From contig JACRLI010000022.1 of assembly GCA_016235265.1 (NCBI GenBank), positions 9,257-73,256 on the forward strand: a stretch of DNA of 64,000 bases, given 5' to 3'. Positions 50,746-61,500 of the stretch are shown in pieces. The notes under the pieces were generated by a model. That model had not been told where the DNA came from, did not search any database, and saw nothing but the letters and a program-made list of their open reading frames with translations. The DNA is from Candidatus Eiseniibacteriota bacterium. Lineage in GTDB: Bacteria > Eisenbacteria > RBG-16-71-46 > JACRLI01. Each line of letters opens with the position of its first letter. Within the stretch, counting starts at the first letter, position 1. The translations under genes were made by a program, and so were the position numbers.

Positions 50746-52262
50746 TCAAGGTGAAGTTTCGGATGGGCGGTCACGGGCGCGTAATGGCCAGCAGCTTCCT
50801 GGGCCACGCACCGAACTGGTATAAGCTCGCGATCGTGGCCTGCCTGCTGCTGAACTTCTGCGTCCGCGCCGTGTTCGGTCCGGTGGCGACCGGTTGGCTC
50901 ATCCTTGTCGAGTTCATATTCACGCTGGCCATGGCCCTGAAGTGCTTCCCACTTCAGCCGGGGGGGCTGCTGGCCCTTCAGGCCGTGCTCCTGGGGCTTA
51001 CCGACACACGGTCTGCGTATCGGGAGGTGGAGCATGGGCTGCCGGTCCTGCTGCTCGTCATCTTCATGGTGGCCGGCGTCTACTTCCTGCGCGAAATGCT
51101 GTTCCGCATGATCAACCACGTCCTGCTCAGCATCCGCTCGCGTGTCGTGCTCAATCTGGTCACTATCATCGCGGTGTCCGTGCTGTCGGCCTTCCTGGAT
51201 GCGCTGACCATCCTGGCCGTCCTTGTGGCGGTATCTACGGGCTTCTACGAAGTCTATCACCGGGTTGCCTCGAAGGTGGGACACGGCCACGACTCCGACC
51301 TGACAGACCTCAACGTGGATGCACCCCACCTCAAGGACCTGGAGGGTTTCCGGACGTTCCTGCGCAGCCTGCTCATGACTGGAGCCATTGGAACGACGAT
51401 CGGCGGAGTCTGTACGCTGGTGGGCGAGCCCCAGAACATCATCGTCGGCAGAGAGGTCGGCTGGTCATTCATGGAGTTCGCAGCAAAGGTGGCGCCCGCC
51501 TCGATTCCGACGCTCCTCGCCGGTTTCGCCACGTGCCTGGTGGTCACGAAGCTGAAGTGGTTTGGCTACGGAGCGGAGCTGCCGACAAGCGTGCGCCGGG
51601 CTCTGCAGGACGAGGATCGCCGGCTGGCCGCGGACCGAACGCCGCATCACCGTTTCCTGGTCGTCACGCAGGCGATCGTGGGCTTGCTGATGGTGGTGGC
51701 GCTGGCATTCCATGTGGCCGAGATCGGCCTGATCGGGCTGGCCGTCATCGTAATCGTATCTGCGCTCGGCGGAATCACGGACGAGCGCAGCGTAGCCCAG
51801 GCATTCATGCCCGGATTGCCCTTCGCCTCGCTGCTGGTCGTGTTCTATGTGCTGGTGGCCATGATCGGCACGCTGGACCTGTTCAAGCCGATGATCGAGT
51901 GGGCGCTGACCATGAAGCCGCAGCAGCAGGTGCTCATGATCTTCGTCACCAATGGGGCGCTGTCCGCGGTCAGCGACAATGTCTTCGTCGCGGCCATCTA
52001 CATGAAGGTGCTGAAAGCGGCGTTCGAGGCCGGTCTCTCCAGCAATGCCCTCTTCGAGGCACAGTCCGTGGCGGTGATGATGGGCACAGGGATTCCGAGC
52101 ATGTCCACACCAAACGGCCAGGCGGCTTTCCTGTACCTTCTCACTTCCCGGGTCGCGCCCATGATCGGACTCGGATACGGACGGATGTTGTGGATGGCGC
52201 TGCCCTTCACATTGGTGACGACCCTCGTCGCCGGGATAGCTGTCTTCTGGATCGGACGGTGA
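50742..52262 (+). CDS. ion transporter superfamily membrane protein, NhaB-like Na+/H+ antiporter
   Basis: ATGA overlap with the TreT-like gene. ~12 TM helices, 506 aa, NhaB-like length and topology. The family assignment is tentative. Confidence 0.55.
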   Translation: MIKVKFRMGGHGRVMASSFLGHAPNWYKLAIVACLLLNFCVRAVFGPVATGWLILVEFIFTLAMALKCFPLQPGGLLALQAVLLGLTDTRSAYREVEHGLPVLLLVIFMVAGVYFLREMLFRMINHVLLSIRSRVVLNLVTIIAVSVLSAFLDALTILAVLVAVSTGFYEVYHRVASKVGHGHDSDLTDLNVDAPHLKDLEGFRTFLRSLLMTGAIGTTIGGVCTLVGEPQNIIVGREVGWSFMEFAAKVAPASIPTLLAGFATCLVVTKLKWFGYGAELPTSVRRALQDEDRRLAADRTPHHRFLVVTQAIVGLLMVVALAFHVAEIGLIGLAVIVIVSALGGITDERSVAQAFMPGLPFASLLVVFYVLVAMIGTLDLFKPMIEWALTMKPQQQVLMIFVTNGALSAVSDNVFVAAIYMKVLKAAFEAGLSSNALFEAQSVAVMMGTGIPSMSTPNGQAAFLYLLTSRVAPMIGLGYGRMLWMALPFTLVTTLVAGIAVFWIGR

Positions 52263-52316
52263 GCAGGCCTGGCGCTGCTCATGCGTCGATAAGGGGCGGC
52301 GCGATTCGGGAATCCA

Positions 52317-52325
52317 TGGTATAAT
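52317..52325 (+). promoter_or_regulatory. extended -10 promoter TGGTATAAT upstream of the first giant protease gene
   Basis: TGnTATAAT at 52317-52325 in an AT-rich pocket ~55 nt upstream of the ATG at 52382. Confidence 0.45.
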
Positions 52326-52381
52326 TCATCAATATCGGTTCACAGTATCCCCCGGGACAAGACCCCAACTGCGCGAGACTC

Positions 52382-55300
52382 ATGCACTGCCTGCCCCTCA
52401 CCGCGCGCGCGGGCCGATCGCCCCAAGTGGCGTCGGCCCTGCTGCTTGCCCTGGTCTGCCTGGTCTGCCTGGTCGCCGGCGCCGCGCCGGCGGCGGGAGC
52501 CGGACTGGCCGAGCGCCAGGCTCGGTTCCACCTCCGCGACCTGAAGCTGCTCGGCCCGGCGGGCGGTGCGCGGGTGGCGCTGGCCGGGACCTTCAACCGG
52601 GGCCGCGCCGGCGAGCCGGAGCTGCCGGTTGCCACGCTGGCGGTGGAGTTGCCGCCCGGCGCACGGGTGACCGGCTGGCAGGTGATTCCGCTTGAGGTCG
52701 TTGATCTCCCTGCGCGCGCCCGGCTGGCGCTCCTGGATGGCTGGCGCACCGGCAGCGGCGAACTGGTGCGAGGCCCGGCCGGGATCCGCCCGCAGCCCCG
52801 CGGCGACACCTGGTTCCCCGAACGCCCCTACGGCGAGTTGAAGACCGGGTTCCTGCAGGGTCACGCGATCGCGAGCGTGGCGGTGCGCCCGGTGCAGTGC
52901 CTCGCCGCCGAAGAGCGGGTGCGGCTGATCACCGGGTTCCGGCTTCGCGTGAGCTACGAGGAGGCCGACGGCCCGCGGCCCCTGCGGCGGGTGCGGACCA
53001 CCGGGGCCACGGAGGCCGCCGCCCGCCGCGCGCTGGGGGCGTTGGGGCTGCCGTTCGAGCCGGCTGCCGGCTCCGATCCCGCCCGTGTCCGGCCCTTTGC
53101 CGCCGGCGAGTACCCCGGCCCGCTGGGCCGCGAGGCCGCCTACCTGATCGTCACGCCCGACTCGCTCGCGGCCACGTTTCAGCCGCTGGCCGACTGGAAG
53201 ACCCGCCAGGGCATCAGCGCCGGGATCGTGACCTTCTCCCAGGTCCAGGCGCGCTATCCGCAGGGAGTGGACCTGCCGGAGAAGATCCGGTTGTGCGTGC
53301 GGGACGCCTACCTCTATAACGGCACGCAGTGGCTGCTGCTGGGCGGGACCGGGCAGCTCATCCCGCCGCGGTACGCCTTCAGCCTGCTGCAGCACGACGC
53401 GCCGGTGCCCACGGACATGTACTACAGCAATCTCGACGGCAACTGGAACGCCAACGCCAACTCGCTGTTCGCCGAGGCGTTCGCGGACTCCTTCGCGCCC
53501 GGCGACGGGGTGGACCTGTACCCGGAGGTCTACGTGGGCCGCGCGCCGATCCTCAACACCGCCGAAGCCGCGGTGTTCGTGGCCAAGACGCTGGCCTACG
53601 ACCAGGACCCGCCGCGCGACTACCTGGAGCGGACGCTGTTGTTCGCGGAGGTGGTGTTCCCGGTGGACTGGGTCGCCGGCGAGCCGATCCTCTACGACGG
53701 TGCGCTGCTGGCCCAGGACGTGGCGGACCGCCTGCCGCCGTGGACGCGCGTGGCGCGGCTGTACGAGAACAACGACCAGGAACAGTACCCGGGCTCGCTG
53801 CCGGAGACGCGCCAGGCGGTGTTTGATTCCCTGGGGGTCGGCTACAACATCGCGGTGGATTGCGGCCACGGCTACCGCAACACCATGTCGGTGGGCGCCG
53901 GCTCGCTGATCAACGCGGACATGCGCGCGCTGACCAACGGGCCGCGCAACAGTTTCCTGGTGGCGCTGGACTGCACCGCGGCGGCCTTCGACTTCGACTG
54001 CATCGCGGCGGCCTCGGTGACCGCGCCCCACGGCGGCGCCTTCGCCTTCTGGGGCTCCACCCGGGAGGACTTCCCGCAGGTCAGCAAGGCCTACGTGGAC
54101 AACTTCTTCAACACCGTCAACCGCGACAGCGTGGGCGAGCTGGGCGAGGCGCTGGCGCTGTGCAAGGTGCCGTTCATCCCGGTGTCGGACACCGACGACC
54201 CGGACCGCTGGACCCAGTTCGCGTTCGTGCTGCTGGGAGATCCCGGCCTGCGGCTCCGCCTGCGCGCGCCCAGCGAGATGACCGTCACCGCGCCGTCCAC
54301 GTTCGTGCTCGGGGACCCGGGATACGCGGTCCTGGTCACCTCCGGCGGTGCGCCGGTGGAGAGCGCGCTGGTGTGCGTGCGCAAGCCCGGCGACGACCTG
54401 CGCGCGGGATACACAGACGCATCCGGCCAGGTCACGCTGGCCTTCCAGCCTGACTCCACCGGCGGGTTCGAGCTGACCGCCACCCGGCGCAACTTCCTGC
54501 CCCACATGGGCTCGGGAACCGTGGCGCCGCGGGGCCCGGCGTACCTCTACGACGCTTCGCCGGTCAAGACCATCCTGGACGGCACCCTGGTCCCGCAGAA
54601 CGGCAACGGGGACGGTGCCGTGGACGCGGGCGAGACGGTGCAGGTGCGCGTTCCGGTGGCGAACGGCGGCGATCTCGCGGCCGCCGGCGCGACCGGCATC
54701 CTGCTCTCCACCACGGCGGGCGTGTCGGTGCTCTCGAGCATGGTGAACTACGGTGCGATTCCCGCGCACGCCACGGCCCCCGGGAACGGCGCCTACCTGG
54801 TTCGCTTCTCGAGGAGCCTGCGCGACGGGCTGAAGGTGCCGTTCACGCTGCGCCTCACCGACATCACCGACGACATCCGCAGTGACTACTTCACCGCCAC
54901 GGTGCGAGCGCCCGCGGTGGAGCACTACGCCCACTCGTGGACCGACTCGGTGGCGGGGGCGGATCACTTCACCCTGCTGCGCGTCACGCTGCGCAACCTG
55001 GGGGGCGGGCCCTTCCACGGACTCGTCGCGAAGGTGCTGCCGGAGTCCTCCGCGCTTTCGCCCATGGACTCCGTGAGCGCTTACGGGAGCCTGGCGGTGG
55101 GCGCCAGCTCGGCCGGCACGGGACAGTTCCGGTACGCGGGGCAGGCCACCGGGGCCAGCCGCTTCCGGCTGCTGCTCTCCGATGCATACGGCTGGGCCGA
55201 CACCCTTGGATTCTCCCTGGAGCCCCCCGGACCGGTGAGCGGCCTCGCGGCGCAGGGCTCCAACACCTCGATCACGCTGACCTGGTATCCCCCGGCGGAC

Positions 55301-57142
55301 CCGGCTCCCATCGCGGGCTACTACATCTACCGGTCCACCGATCCCGCCGGTCCCTTCACCCGCTCGAACCCGCGGATCACCGGGCGAACCACCTACTTCA
55401 ACGACGCCGGGCTGGCCCCGCTCACGACCTACTACTACCAGGTGACCGCCGTGGACTCCGGCGCCAACGAGAGCGTTCCGTCCGCCATGGCCAGCGTCAG
55501 CACCAATCCGCCCTACCGGCCGGGCTGGCCGGTGATGACCGGCAAGGAGATGGCCGGCTCCCCGGTTCTGGTGAACCTGGACCATTCGCCGGACGGCTCG
55601 CAGGAGATCCTGGTGGGGACCGACGGGGTGCGCGCGTGGCGCGCGGACGGAGGGGAGCAGCCGCCGCGCGGTTGGGTGGGCCCGCCCGACGGGCCGTGGG
55701 TGCCGCGGGGGATCTACGCCTCTTCGATCGCCGTGGCCGACCTGTTCCAGGACGGCCAGTACGCGGTGGTGGGCATGAGCCAGGACTCGGGACTGGTGTT
55801 CGTGTGGGACGAGTACGGCCGCGTGGCCCCCGGCTGGCCACGGCGGGTGCTGTCGGGCTTCCCGTTCGGCTCCCCGGCCATCGGCGACATCGATGGCGAC
55901 GGCCATCCCGACATCGCGCTGGGCTGTGGCGGCCAGGTGTACGCGTGGCACGCGGACGGCTCGGAGCTGGCCGACGGCGACCACAATCCGTCCACGCAGG
56001 GGGTGATCCGCCAGATCGGGGGAAGCTACCTCTACGGCTCGCCGGCGCTCGCGGATCTCGACGGCGACGGCAGGCTGGACATCATCCTGGGAGGGTCCGA
56101 CGCGCGGATGCACGCCATTCGCCACGACGGCACCGAGTGCCGCGGCTGGCCCCTCGTCGCGGGCGCCCCGGTCACCGGTTCGGCCGCGGTGGCGGACCTG
56201 GACCTCGACGGGCACTACGAGGTGGTGTTCCCGTCCAACTCGAACTTCCTGTACTGCGTGAGCGACTCGGGCACCGAGAAGCCGGGCTGGGCGGTGCCGA
56301 TGGCGCTGGACCGGACCAGCCGCAGTCCCTCGCCCGCGCTGGCGGACCTGGACGGCGACGGCTACCTGGATGTGATCGAGGCCACCACCGACGGACACCT
56401 GCGCGCGCTGGACCACCTGGGCCACGATCTCCCGGGTTGGGGCAACGTCCGCTACGCGACCGCGTACGCGTCGTACGCCGGCACCTCGGAGTCCTCGCCG
56501 GTGGTGGCGGACCTGGACGGCGACGGCAGTCTCGAAATCCTGGAGGGCGCCGAAGACGCCATGCTGTACGGTTTCCGCGCGGACGGGACGGTGCTGGGCG
56601 GCTTCCCCCTGCGCGTGGGAGGGGAGATCCGCAGCTCGCCGGCGGTGTGGGACCTGGGCAACACCGGCCAGGCCAGCATCGTGCTCTCGTGCTGGGACAA
56701 GTTCGTGTACGTGTGGGACTACCCCGGTGGCTTCAGCCCTGCCCGCGCGCCGTGGCCCATGTTCCGGCACGACGACATGCACACCGGGCTGTACGCCGAT
56801 CCCGGCGGAGTCACCGCCGCCGCGGGCGGCCCGGCGTTGCCCTCGCACGCGGCCCTGTTCCAGAACCGGCCCAACCCGTGCCGCGGCGCCACCACGATCC
56901 GCTTCCAGCTCCCCGTGCGGGCTCGCGGGGCGGCGGGGACGGGCGCCGTCCGCCTCACGGTGCACGACGCCTCCGGGCGGCTGGTGCGCACGCTGGCCGA
57001 CGGCGCCCTGGCTCCGGGCACCTACACCCGCACGTGGGACGGGACGGAGTCAGGCGGCGCGCGGGCCGCCTCGGGGATCTACTTCTGCAGGCTGGCGGCC
57101 GGGGGAGAGGTGCTGACGCGGAAGATGCTGCTGGTGAAGTAG
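52382..57142 (+). CDS. giant secreted multidomain protein: gingipain-like peptidase C25 + FN3 + FG-GAP beta-propeller repeats + T9SS-type C-terminal domain
   Basis: Signal peptide (ALLLALVCLVCLVAGAAPAAG). C25 block YLIVTPDSLAATFQPLADWKTRQG with His in VDCGHGYRN and Cys in ALDCTAAAFDFDC. FN3 (ITLTWYPP...YYYQVTAVDSGANES). At least 6 FG-GAP-like repeats (DIDGDGHPD, DLDGDGRLD, ...). C-terminal ...GIYFCRLAAGGEVLTRKMLLVK. 1586 aa. Confidence 0.85.
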   Translation: MHCLPLTARAGRSPQVASALLLALVCLVCLVAGAAPAAGAGLAERQARFHLRDLKLLGPAGGARVALAGTFNRGRAGEPELPVATLAVELPPGARVTGWQVIPLEVVDLPARARLALLDGWRTGSGELVRGPAGIRPQPRGDTWFPERPYGELKTGFLQGHAIASVAVRPVQCLAAEERVRLITGFRLRVSYEEADGPRPLRRVRTTGATEAAARRALGALGLPFEPAAGSDPARVRPFAAGEYPGPLGREAAYLIVTPDSLAATFQPLADWKTRQGISAGIVTFSQVQARYPQGVDLPEKIRLCVRDAYLYNGTQWLLLGGTGQLIPPRYAFSLLQHDAPVPTDMYYSNLDGNWNANANSLFAEAFADSFAPGDGVDLYPEVYVGRAPILNTAEAAVFVAKTLAYDQDPPRDYLERTLLFAEVVFPVDWVAGEPILYDGALLAQDVADRLPPWTRVARLYENNDQEQYPGSLPETRQAVFDSLGVGYNIAVDCGHGYRNTMSVGAGSLINADMRALTNGPRNSFLVALDCTAAAFDFDCIAAASVTAPHGGAFAFWGSTREDFPQVSKAYVDNFFNTVNRDSVGELGEALALCKVPFIPVSDTDDPDRWTQFAFVLLGDPGLRLRLRAPSEMTVTAPSTFVLGDPGYAVLVTSGGAPVESALVCVRKPGDDLRAGYTDASGQVTLAFQPDSTGGFELTATRRNFLPHMGSGTVAPRGPAYLYDASPVKTILDGTLVPQNGNGDGAVDAGETVQVRVPVANGGDLAAAGATGILLSTTAGVSVLSSMVNYGAIPAHATAPGNGAYLVRFSRSLRDGLKVPFTLRLTDITDDIRSDYFTATVRAPAVEHYAHSWTDSVAGADHFTLLRVTLRNLGGGPFHGLVAKVLPESSALSPMDSVSAYGSLAVGASSAGTGQFRYAGQATGASRFRLLLSDAYGWADTLGFSLEPPGPVSGLAAQGSNTSITLTWYPPADPAPIAGYYIYRSTDPAGPFTRSNPRITGRTTYFNDAGLAPLTTYYYQVTAVDSGANESVPSAMASVSTNPPYRPGWPVMTGKEMAGSPVLVNLDHSPDGSQEILVGTDGVRAWRADGGEQPPRGWVGPPDGPWVPRGIYASSIAVADLFQDGQYAVVGMSQDSGLVFVWDEYGRVAPGWPRRVLSGFPFGSPAIGDIDGDGHPDIALGCGGQVYAWHADGSELADGDHNPSTQGVIRQIGGSYLYGSPALADLDGDGRLDIILGGSDARMHAIRHDGTECRGWPLVAGAPVTGSAAVADLDLDGHYEVVFPSNSNFLYCVSDSGTEKPGWAVPMALDRTSRSPSPALADLDGDGYLDVIEATTDGHLRALDHLGHDLPGWGNVRYATAYASYAGTSESSPVVADLDGDGSLEILEGAEDAMLYGFRADGTVLGGFPLRVGGEIRSSPAVWDLGNTGQASIVLSCWDKFVYVWDYPGGFSPARAPWPMFRHDDMHTGLYADPGGVTAAAGGPALPSHAALFQNRPNPCRGATTIRFQLPVRARGAAGTGAVRLTVHDASGRLVRTLADGALAPGTYTRTWDGTESGGARAASGIYFCRLAAGGEVLTRKMLLVK

Positions 57143-57206
57143 TGACGGGCCGGGCGGCCCGCCGGAGGAAAGGGATCGTGACCCGCACGGCGGGAAGCGT
57201 CCCGCC

Positions 57207-57686
57207 TCAACCCCGCGGCCGCCGCCCCGTGGCCTTGTACTCCACGTAGTCCCGCACGATCCGGCTGTGGTCGAACGCCAGCGGATGGGGAACTCCGGTG
57301 GCGGCCTCGAACAGCTCCGCCTTCGCCGCGTCGTCGCCCGCGCACAGCGTGCCGCGGCCCTGCGCCAGGAACACCGTGGTGATGGAGTGCTGCCGGGGAT
57401 CGCGGCCCGGGTCCGAGTACACGTGGAACTGCTCCAGGTCCACCAGCTCCAGGCCCGTCTCCTCCATGGCCTCGCGCCGCGCGGAATCCTCGATCTTCTC
57501 GCCGTAGGTCACGTAGCCGCCCGGCAGCGCCCAGTTCACGGGCTCGTTCCTGCGGTACACCAGCACCAGCCTGCCCTGGTGCTCGATCAGCATGTCCACG
57601 CTCACCCCGGGCCGCTGCCACGTCTTCACCACGGCGCCGCAGCGCTCGCACGTCTCGCGCACCTCGCCGCGCACGTCCCCGCTCAC
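57207..57686 (-). CDS. NUDIX hydrolase
   Basis: Nudix box GGYVTYGEKIEDSARREAMEETG. GTG start overlapping the pyrE stop (GTGA). 160 aa. Confidence 0.8.
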   Translation of the reverse strand: MSGDVRGEVRETCERCGAVVKTWQRPGVSVDMLIEHQGRLVLVYRRNEPVNWALPGGYVTYGEKIEDSARREAMEETGLELVDLEQFHVYSDPGRDPRQHSITTVFLAQGRGTLCAGDDAAKAELFEAATGVPHPLAFDHSRIVRDYVEYKATGRRPRG

Positions 57687-58264
57687 GGCTGGACCCCCGC
57701 GGCGGCCAGCAGCTCCCGCGCCGTGAACAGCGCCTGCAGCGGCAGCCCGGCGGCCACCAGCGCCTCCCGTCCGCCCTGTTCGCGGTCCACCACGGCCCAC
57801 ACCCCCACGATGGGGCAACCCAGCTCGCGCACCGCCTCGGCCGCCTCCAGCGCCGAGCCGCCGCTGGTGACCACGTCCTCCAGGAGTGCCACCGGCGTGC
57901 CCGGCTCCAGCCCGCCCTCGACGCGCGCCCCGGTTCCGTGCTCTTTCACCTTCTTCCGGACCAGGAAGGCCGGCAGCGGGTGGCCCCACTCGCTGGAGAG
58001 CGCGGCCAGGGCGCACGCCAGCGGGTCGGCTCCCAGGGTCAGACCGCCGGTTGCGCGCGCCTCCGTGGGCCGGATGGCATCCAAGAGGAGGCGGGAGATC
58101 AGCCACGAGCCCCGGGGGTGGAGGCTGGTGCGCCGGACGTCCAGGTAGAACGAGGACCGCCGACCCGAGGCCAGCACAAAATCGCCCCTCAAAAGGGACC
58201 GCTCGAGCAGTATTTCGAAAAGCTCCTGCCGCGCGGACTTGGGGCCGGACGGGGTGGTCTGCAT
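57683..58264 (-). CDS. pyrE: orotate phosphoribosyltransferase
   Basis: MQTTPSGPKSARQELFEILLERSLLRGDFVLASGRRSSFYLD... with a PRPP-binding ALLEDVVTSGGS motif; 193 aa. The upstream extension to 58396 is rejected. Confidence 0.85.
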   Translation of the reverse strand: MQTTPSGPKSARQELFEILLERSLLRGDFVLASGRRSSFYLDVRRTSLHPRGSWLISRLLLDAIRPTEARATGGLTLGADPLACALAALSSEWGHPLPAFLVRKKVKEHGTGARVEGGLEPGTPVALLEDVVTSGGSALEAAEAVRELGCPIVGVWAVVDREQGGREALVAAGLPLQALFTARELLAAAGVQP

Positions 58265-58306
58265 GCCCGGGAGGGTATGGGCAGCCGCCCGCAAAGTCAA
58301 TAAACA

Positions 58307-58335
58307 TTGACATTTCCGGCATTTGATGTTATATT
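58307..58335 (+). promoter_or_regulatory. near-consensus sigma-70 promoter TTGACA-17-TATATT upstream of the second giant protease gene
   Basis: TTGACA 58307-58312, a 17-nt spacer, TATATT 58330-58335; the only such AT-rich consensus in the pyrE / 58525 divergent intergenic region. Confidence 0.55.
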
Positions 58336-58524
58336 TTTTCGTGTGGGTTCGCTCCGTGGGCGGGATCGCCGACAGGAGCCTGCACTGCTGTTTCATGCCT
58401 CCTACAAGAAACGTCCCGGGCCCGCGGCCCCCAGCCGTCGAATCGACGGGGGACTTCCAGCCGTCTTTTCCTGGCTCTCGAACCAGATCGCTGCGCGGGG
58501 TTGCACCCGGACAGGAGAGACTTC

Positions 58525-61500
58525 ATGACGCGCATCACCCACGCCTTCCAGAAATCGTCCCCGCTGCTCGCCATGCTCGTGCTGCTCGCGGTTGCCTCGG
58601 CACCCGCGCTGGCGTCGGGCACGGTCTCGCGCGAGACGCGCTTCATGCTCCGCGACCTGAAGGTGTGGGAGAAGGACGGCGAGGCGCACGTGGCGCTACG
58701 CGGGGCTCCCAACCGCGCGCTCCCCGGCGAGCCCGAGCTGCCCACCGGCTGCATCACCGTGGAAGTGCCCGCGGGCGCCCGGGTCACCTCGTGGAAGGTG
58801 ATCCCGCTCGAGGTCATCGATGTGCCCGCGCGGGCCAAGCTGGCGAAGATGGATGCGTGGATCACCGGGGAGGGCCGGAAGGTCGCCGGCGTCGCGAGCG
58901 CCGCCGCGGCCATCGCGCCGGACGAAGCCGGGTGGTTCCCGGGGGTGCCCTATGACCGGCTCCAGCGGGGCGCGCTGCAGGGTCACTCGCTCGCCACCGT
59001 GGCCGTGCGCCCGGTGCAATACCTCCCGAACGAGGGCCGCATCCGGCTCATCACGCGCTTCCGCCTGATCGTGAACTACGAAGAGAATGCCGCGGCCCGG
59101 CCCCTGGAGCGGGTCCGGCGCACCGAGCGCACCGAGCAGGCGGTGGCACGCGCACTGGGCTCCCTGGGACTGCCCTACACGCCCCGGCCCAACGCGCGCC
59201 CCGCGCGTGGCGGGCTCTTCCCGATGGCGGCGGGCGAGTACCCCGGACCCTTCGGCCGCGAGGCCGCCTACGTGATCGTGACCGCCGACTCGCTGGTGCC
59301 CGCCTTCCAGCCGCTGGCGGACTGGAAGACCCGCCAGGGCGTCAGTTCCGCCATCGTGACCCTGTCCCAAGTCCAGGCGCAGTACCCGCAGGGGGTGGAC
59401 CTGCCCGAGAAGATCCGCCTGTACCTTAAGGACGCGTACCGCTACCAGGGAACCCAGTGGGCCCTGATCGGCGGCACCGGCCAGATCGTGCCGCCGCGCT
59501 ACGCCTACAGCCAGCTGCTGCAGGACGCGCCGGTGCCCGCCGACATGTACTACGGCAACCTGGACGGCAACTGGAACTACAACTCGAACTCGGTCTTTGG
59601 CGAGGCGTACTTCGATTCGCTGGCTCCCGGCGACAGCGTGGACTTCTACCCCGAGGTGTACGTCGGCCGCGCGCCGATCCTCAACTCGACCGAGGCCACG
59701 ATCTTCGTGAACAAGACGCTCACCTACGACCGGAACCCGCCGCAGGCGTACCTGAACAAGGCGCTGCTGTTCTCCGAGGTGCTGTTTCCCTCGGACTACA
59801 CCCCCGGCGCCGGGATCCTCTACGACGGCGCGGTGCTGTCGGAGAGCGTGGCCGACTCGCTGCCCGCCTACAACCAGATCGTGAAGCTGTATGAGAACAA
59901 CGACCCGATCAACTACCCGGGCAGCATCTACGAGACCCGCCAGGCGGTGATCGACTCGCTCAACGCGGGCTACAACTTCGTGCTGCACGTGGGCCACGGG
60001 TTCCGCAACACCATGTCGGTGGGGGCCGGTTCGCTGGTCAACGGAGACCTGCGCGCGCTCACCAACGGTCCGCGCTACTCGTTCCTGATCTCGATCGACT
60101 GCACCTCCGGGGCCATTGATTTCGACTGCATCGGCGCGGCCTCGGTCACCGCCCCCTCGGGTGGCGCCTTCGCCTTCTGGGGCTCCACGCGCGAGGCGTT
60201 CCCGGCGGTGAGCAAGGCCTATCTGGACAACTTCGTGGGCCTGGTGAACAGCGACAGCACCGGCGAGATCGGCGAGGCGATGGCGCTGTGTAAGCTGCCC
60301 TTCGTGGCCGTCACCGAGTCGGACAACCCCGACCGCTGGACGCAGTTCGCATTCATCATGCTGGGCGACCCGTCGCTGCGGCTGCGGCTGCGCCCGGCGA
60401 GCACGCTGAGCGTGACGGCCCCGGCCAGCTTCGTGATGGGCGACCCGGGCTACACGGTCAGTGTCACCTCCGGCGGTTCGCCCGCCGAAAGCGTGCTGGT
60501 GTGCGTCCAGAAGCCGGGGGACGACCTGCAGGCCGGCTACACGGACGCCGCGGGCCAGGTCACCCTGCCGTTCCAGCCCGACAACACCGGCTCGTTCAAC
60601 GTCACCGCCACCAAGCGCAACCACCTGCCCTACATGGGCACCGCAACGGTAGTGGGACGCGGCAGCGCCTATCTCTACGACTACTCCGGCAGCAAGTCGG
60701 TCTCCGACGGCACCACCCCGCCCGAGAGCGGGAACAGCAACGGCCTGGCGGACGCCGGTGAGAGCGTCCAGCTGGGGATCACGGTGGGCAACAACGGGAG
60801 CGGCGTGGCCAACGGGGTGGTGGGCACGCTGTCCACCGCGCAGCCGGGAGTGACGGTCACGTCGAACACGGTGGGCTACGGGAGTATCGGCGCGCACTCC
60901 AGCGCGCCCGGCACCGGCGCCTACGCGGTCAGCTTCTCGCGCGGGCTCCGCGACGGCCTCAAGGTCCCCTTCTCGCTGCACCTCACCGACCTGGCCGGCG
61001 ACTCGCGGGACGACTACTTCACGCTGCCCGTGTCCGCCCCGGTGCCCGAGCACTACGCGCACACCTGGGTGGACTCGGTTTCCGGTCCGACGCACTACAC
61101 GCTGCTCAAGATCACGCTGCGCAACCTGGGCAGCGGTGCGTTCCGCGGGCTCACCGGCACGGTGCGCCCGGTGGCCGGCGGCTTCACGCCGCTGGACTCG
61201 GTGTCCTCCTACGGGAACCTGGCGCCGGGCGCGAGCTGGATCGGCACGAAGGAGTTCCGCTTCCAGGGCCAGGCCACGGCGCTGAGCCGCTTCTACCTGT
61301 TCCTGACCGACGCCAACGGCGAGGCCGACACGTTCAACTTCGACCTCAAGGCGCCCGGTGCGATCGGGAACCTGGCCGCGCTCGGCTCGCACAGCTCCAT
61401 CGCGCTCACCTGGACCGCCTCGCCCGACTCCACCACGGTGGCGGGCTACTACCTCTACCGTTCCACCGCATCCGGCGGGCCCTACGCGCGGGTGAACCCG

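Noticed and set aside
58265-58396. N-terminal extension of pyrE (MKQQCRLLSAIPPTERTHTKKYNIK...)
   Set aside because: The extension is read across the AT-rich sigma-70 promoter of the opposite strand. The conserved OPRTase N-terminus begins at MQTTPSGP (58264).
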